A stretch of DNA of 63,526 nucleotides, filler included, from Stramenopiles sp. TOSAG23-3 (Eukaryota), in assembly GCA_900128585.1 (NCBI GenBank). It is 5 parts of 5 records of this genome, joined end to end, with 100 filler letters (N's around TTAATTAATTAA, not from the genome) between each part and the next. Parts side by side here need not be neighbours in the genome. Positions count along the whole stretch, not along the records: positions 61,415 to 63,526 come from LT645065.1; 4 more parts are not named here. The stretch is one strand, 5' to 3'. A program made the position numbers and the translations under genes. Shown piece by piece: positions 62,970 to 63,526 of the stretch. The notes under the pieces are model-generated. The model had not been told where the DNA came from, did not search any database, and saw only the letters and a program-made list of their open reading frames with translations. Position 1 is the stretch's first letter, and every line of letters begins with the position of its first letter.

Positions 62970-63526
62970 AAAATAACAGCAAAAAACAGCCAATTTTCTT
63001 GTTAAAAAATAAAAACAAGAAAATTGGCTTTTTATTTAAGTTGTTTTTTATTTTTTTTAAGTAAAATACTAATGCTTAGAACCAAGTTAGGATTAGGGTA
63101 TGAGGACGCTAAATTTAATTACTTAGTCCTATAAATAACAGCCAATTTTCTTGTTTTTAATAAACTACTAATGCTAATCCACCTACCGCACCGATTCGGA
63201 TCATGCATGGAGTACATCTGAGATTGATAGTCAACACTTAGCCACTTAGTGACAAGGGTAGATTGATTAACATATTAAAACCACACTATATAATTTGTTT
63301 TTTTTTTTAAACCACATGAAGGAATGTAAACCTTGAATGTCTAAATTTAGAGTTCAGTTCGCAGTACATTAATTTTAATTACTTAAATAACAGCCAATTT
63401 TCTTGTGGAGTAAAACCACAAGAGCAGAGATAAGTTCGCAGTACATGTGAAGGAATGTAAACCTTTAATGGACAAAAGGAGCAGATTCATTTTCGCGGTA
63501 CATGAGAAAGCTAAATTTTAATTACT
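62970..63526. repeat. Large mosaic cluster of dispersed repeat modules A, B, C, D, E
   Basis: At least five A-core pieces (both orientations), B at 63172-63266, partial D at 63277-63310, E (GAAGGAATGTAAACCTT) twice, C at 63474-63506. Confidence 0.92.

Noticed and set aside
62970-63526. Repeat cluster as a CRISPR array
   Set aside because: Irregular spacing, mixed orientation, no unique constant-length spacers, no cas genes, eukaryotic context.
1-63526. tRNA, rRNA or snRNA genes; Sm-site-like AATTTTCTTG in the repeat core
   Set aside because: No cloverleaf or rRNA/snRNA signature recognised by eye; the core appears coding-derived and the Sm match is imperfect. tRNAscan-SE/Infernal were not run.

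Overview
Eukaryotic nuclear DNA from a gene-dense, intron-poor protist (stramenopile-like by gene content; inference). Coding regions are GC-rich and spacers very AT-rich. The window is five contigs joined by artificial 100-bp N44-TTAATTAATTAA-N44 linkers. Recognisable genes: TRRAP/Tra1, an ankyrin protein, a large PMP-repeat/IPT/FN3 multi-TM surface protein, an arylamine N-acetyltransferase fused to a split SAM-methyltransferase, a secreted bacterial-type glycoside-hydrolase-like protein, an ABCB half-transporter, a possible histone-fold protein, a multi-TM EF-hand protein, a flavin oxidoreductase, SSR2, DBP7/DDX31, LTN1, an MDC1-like tandem-BRCT protein, a RimK-like ATP-grasp enzyme, and partial Tudor, amino-acid-transporter and purple-acid-phosphatase genes. 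The main unexplained signal is a family of short modular repeats with a fixed end (...CAGCCAATTTTCTTGTTTTT), variable truncation at the other end, apparent 9-15 bp target-site duplications and signs of protein-coding ancestry. It sits almost only downstream of gene 3' ends, especially between convergent genes. A 315-bp fold-back element lies in one divergent promoter. Several single-base frameshifts at homopolymers suggest assembly indel errors, so fine-scale claims need read-level checks.
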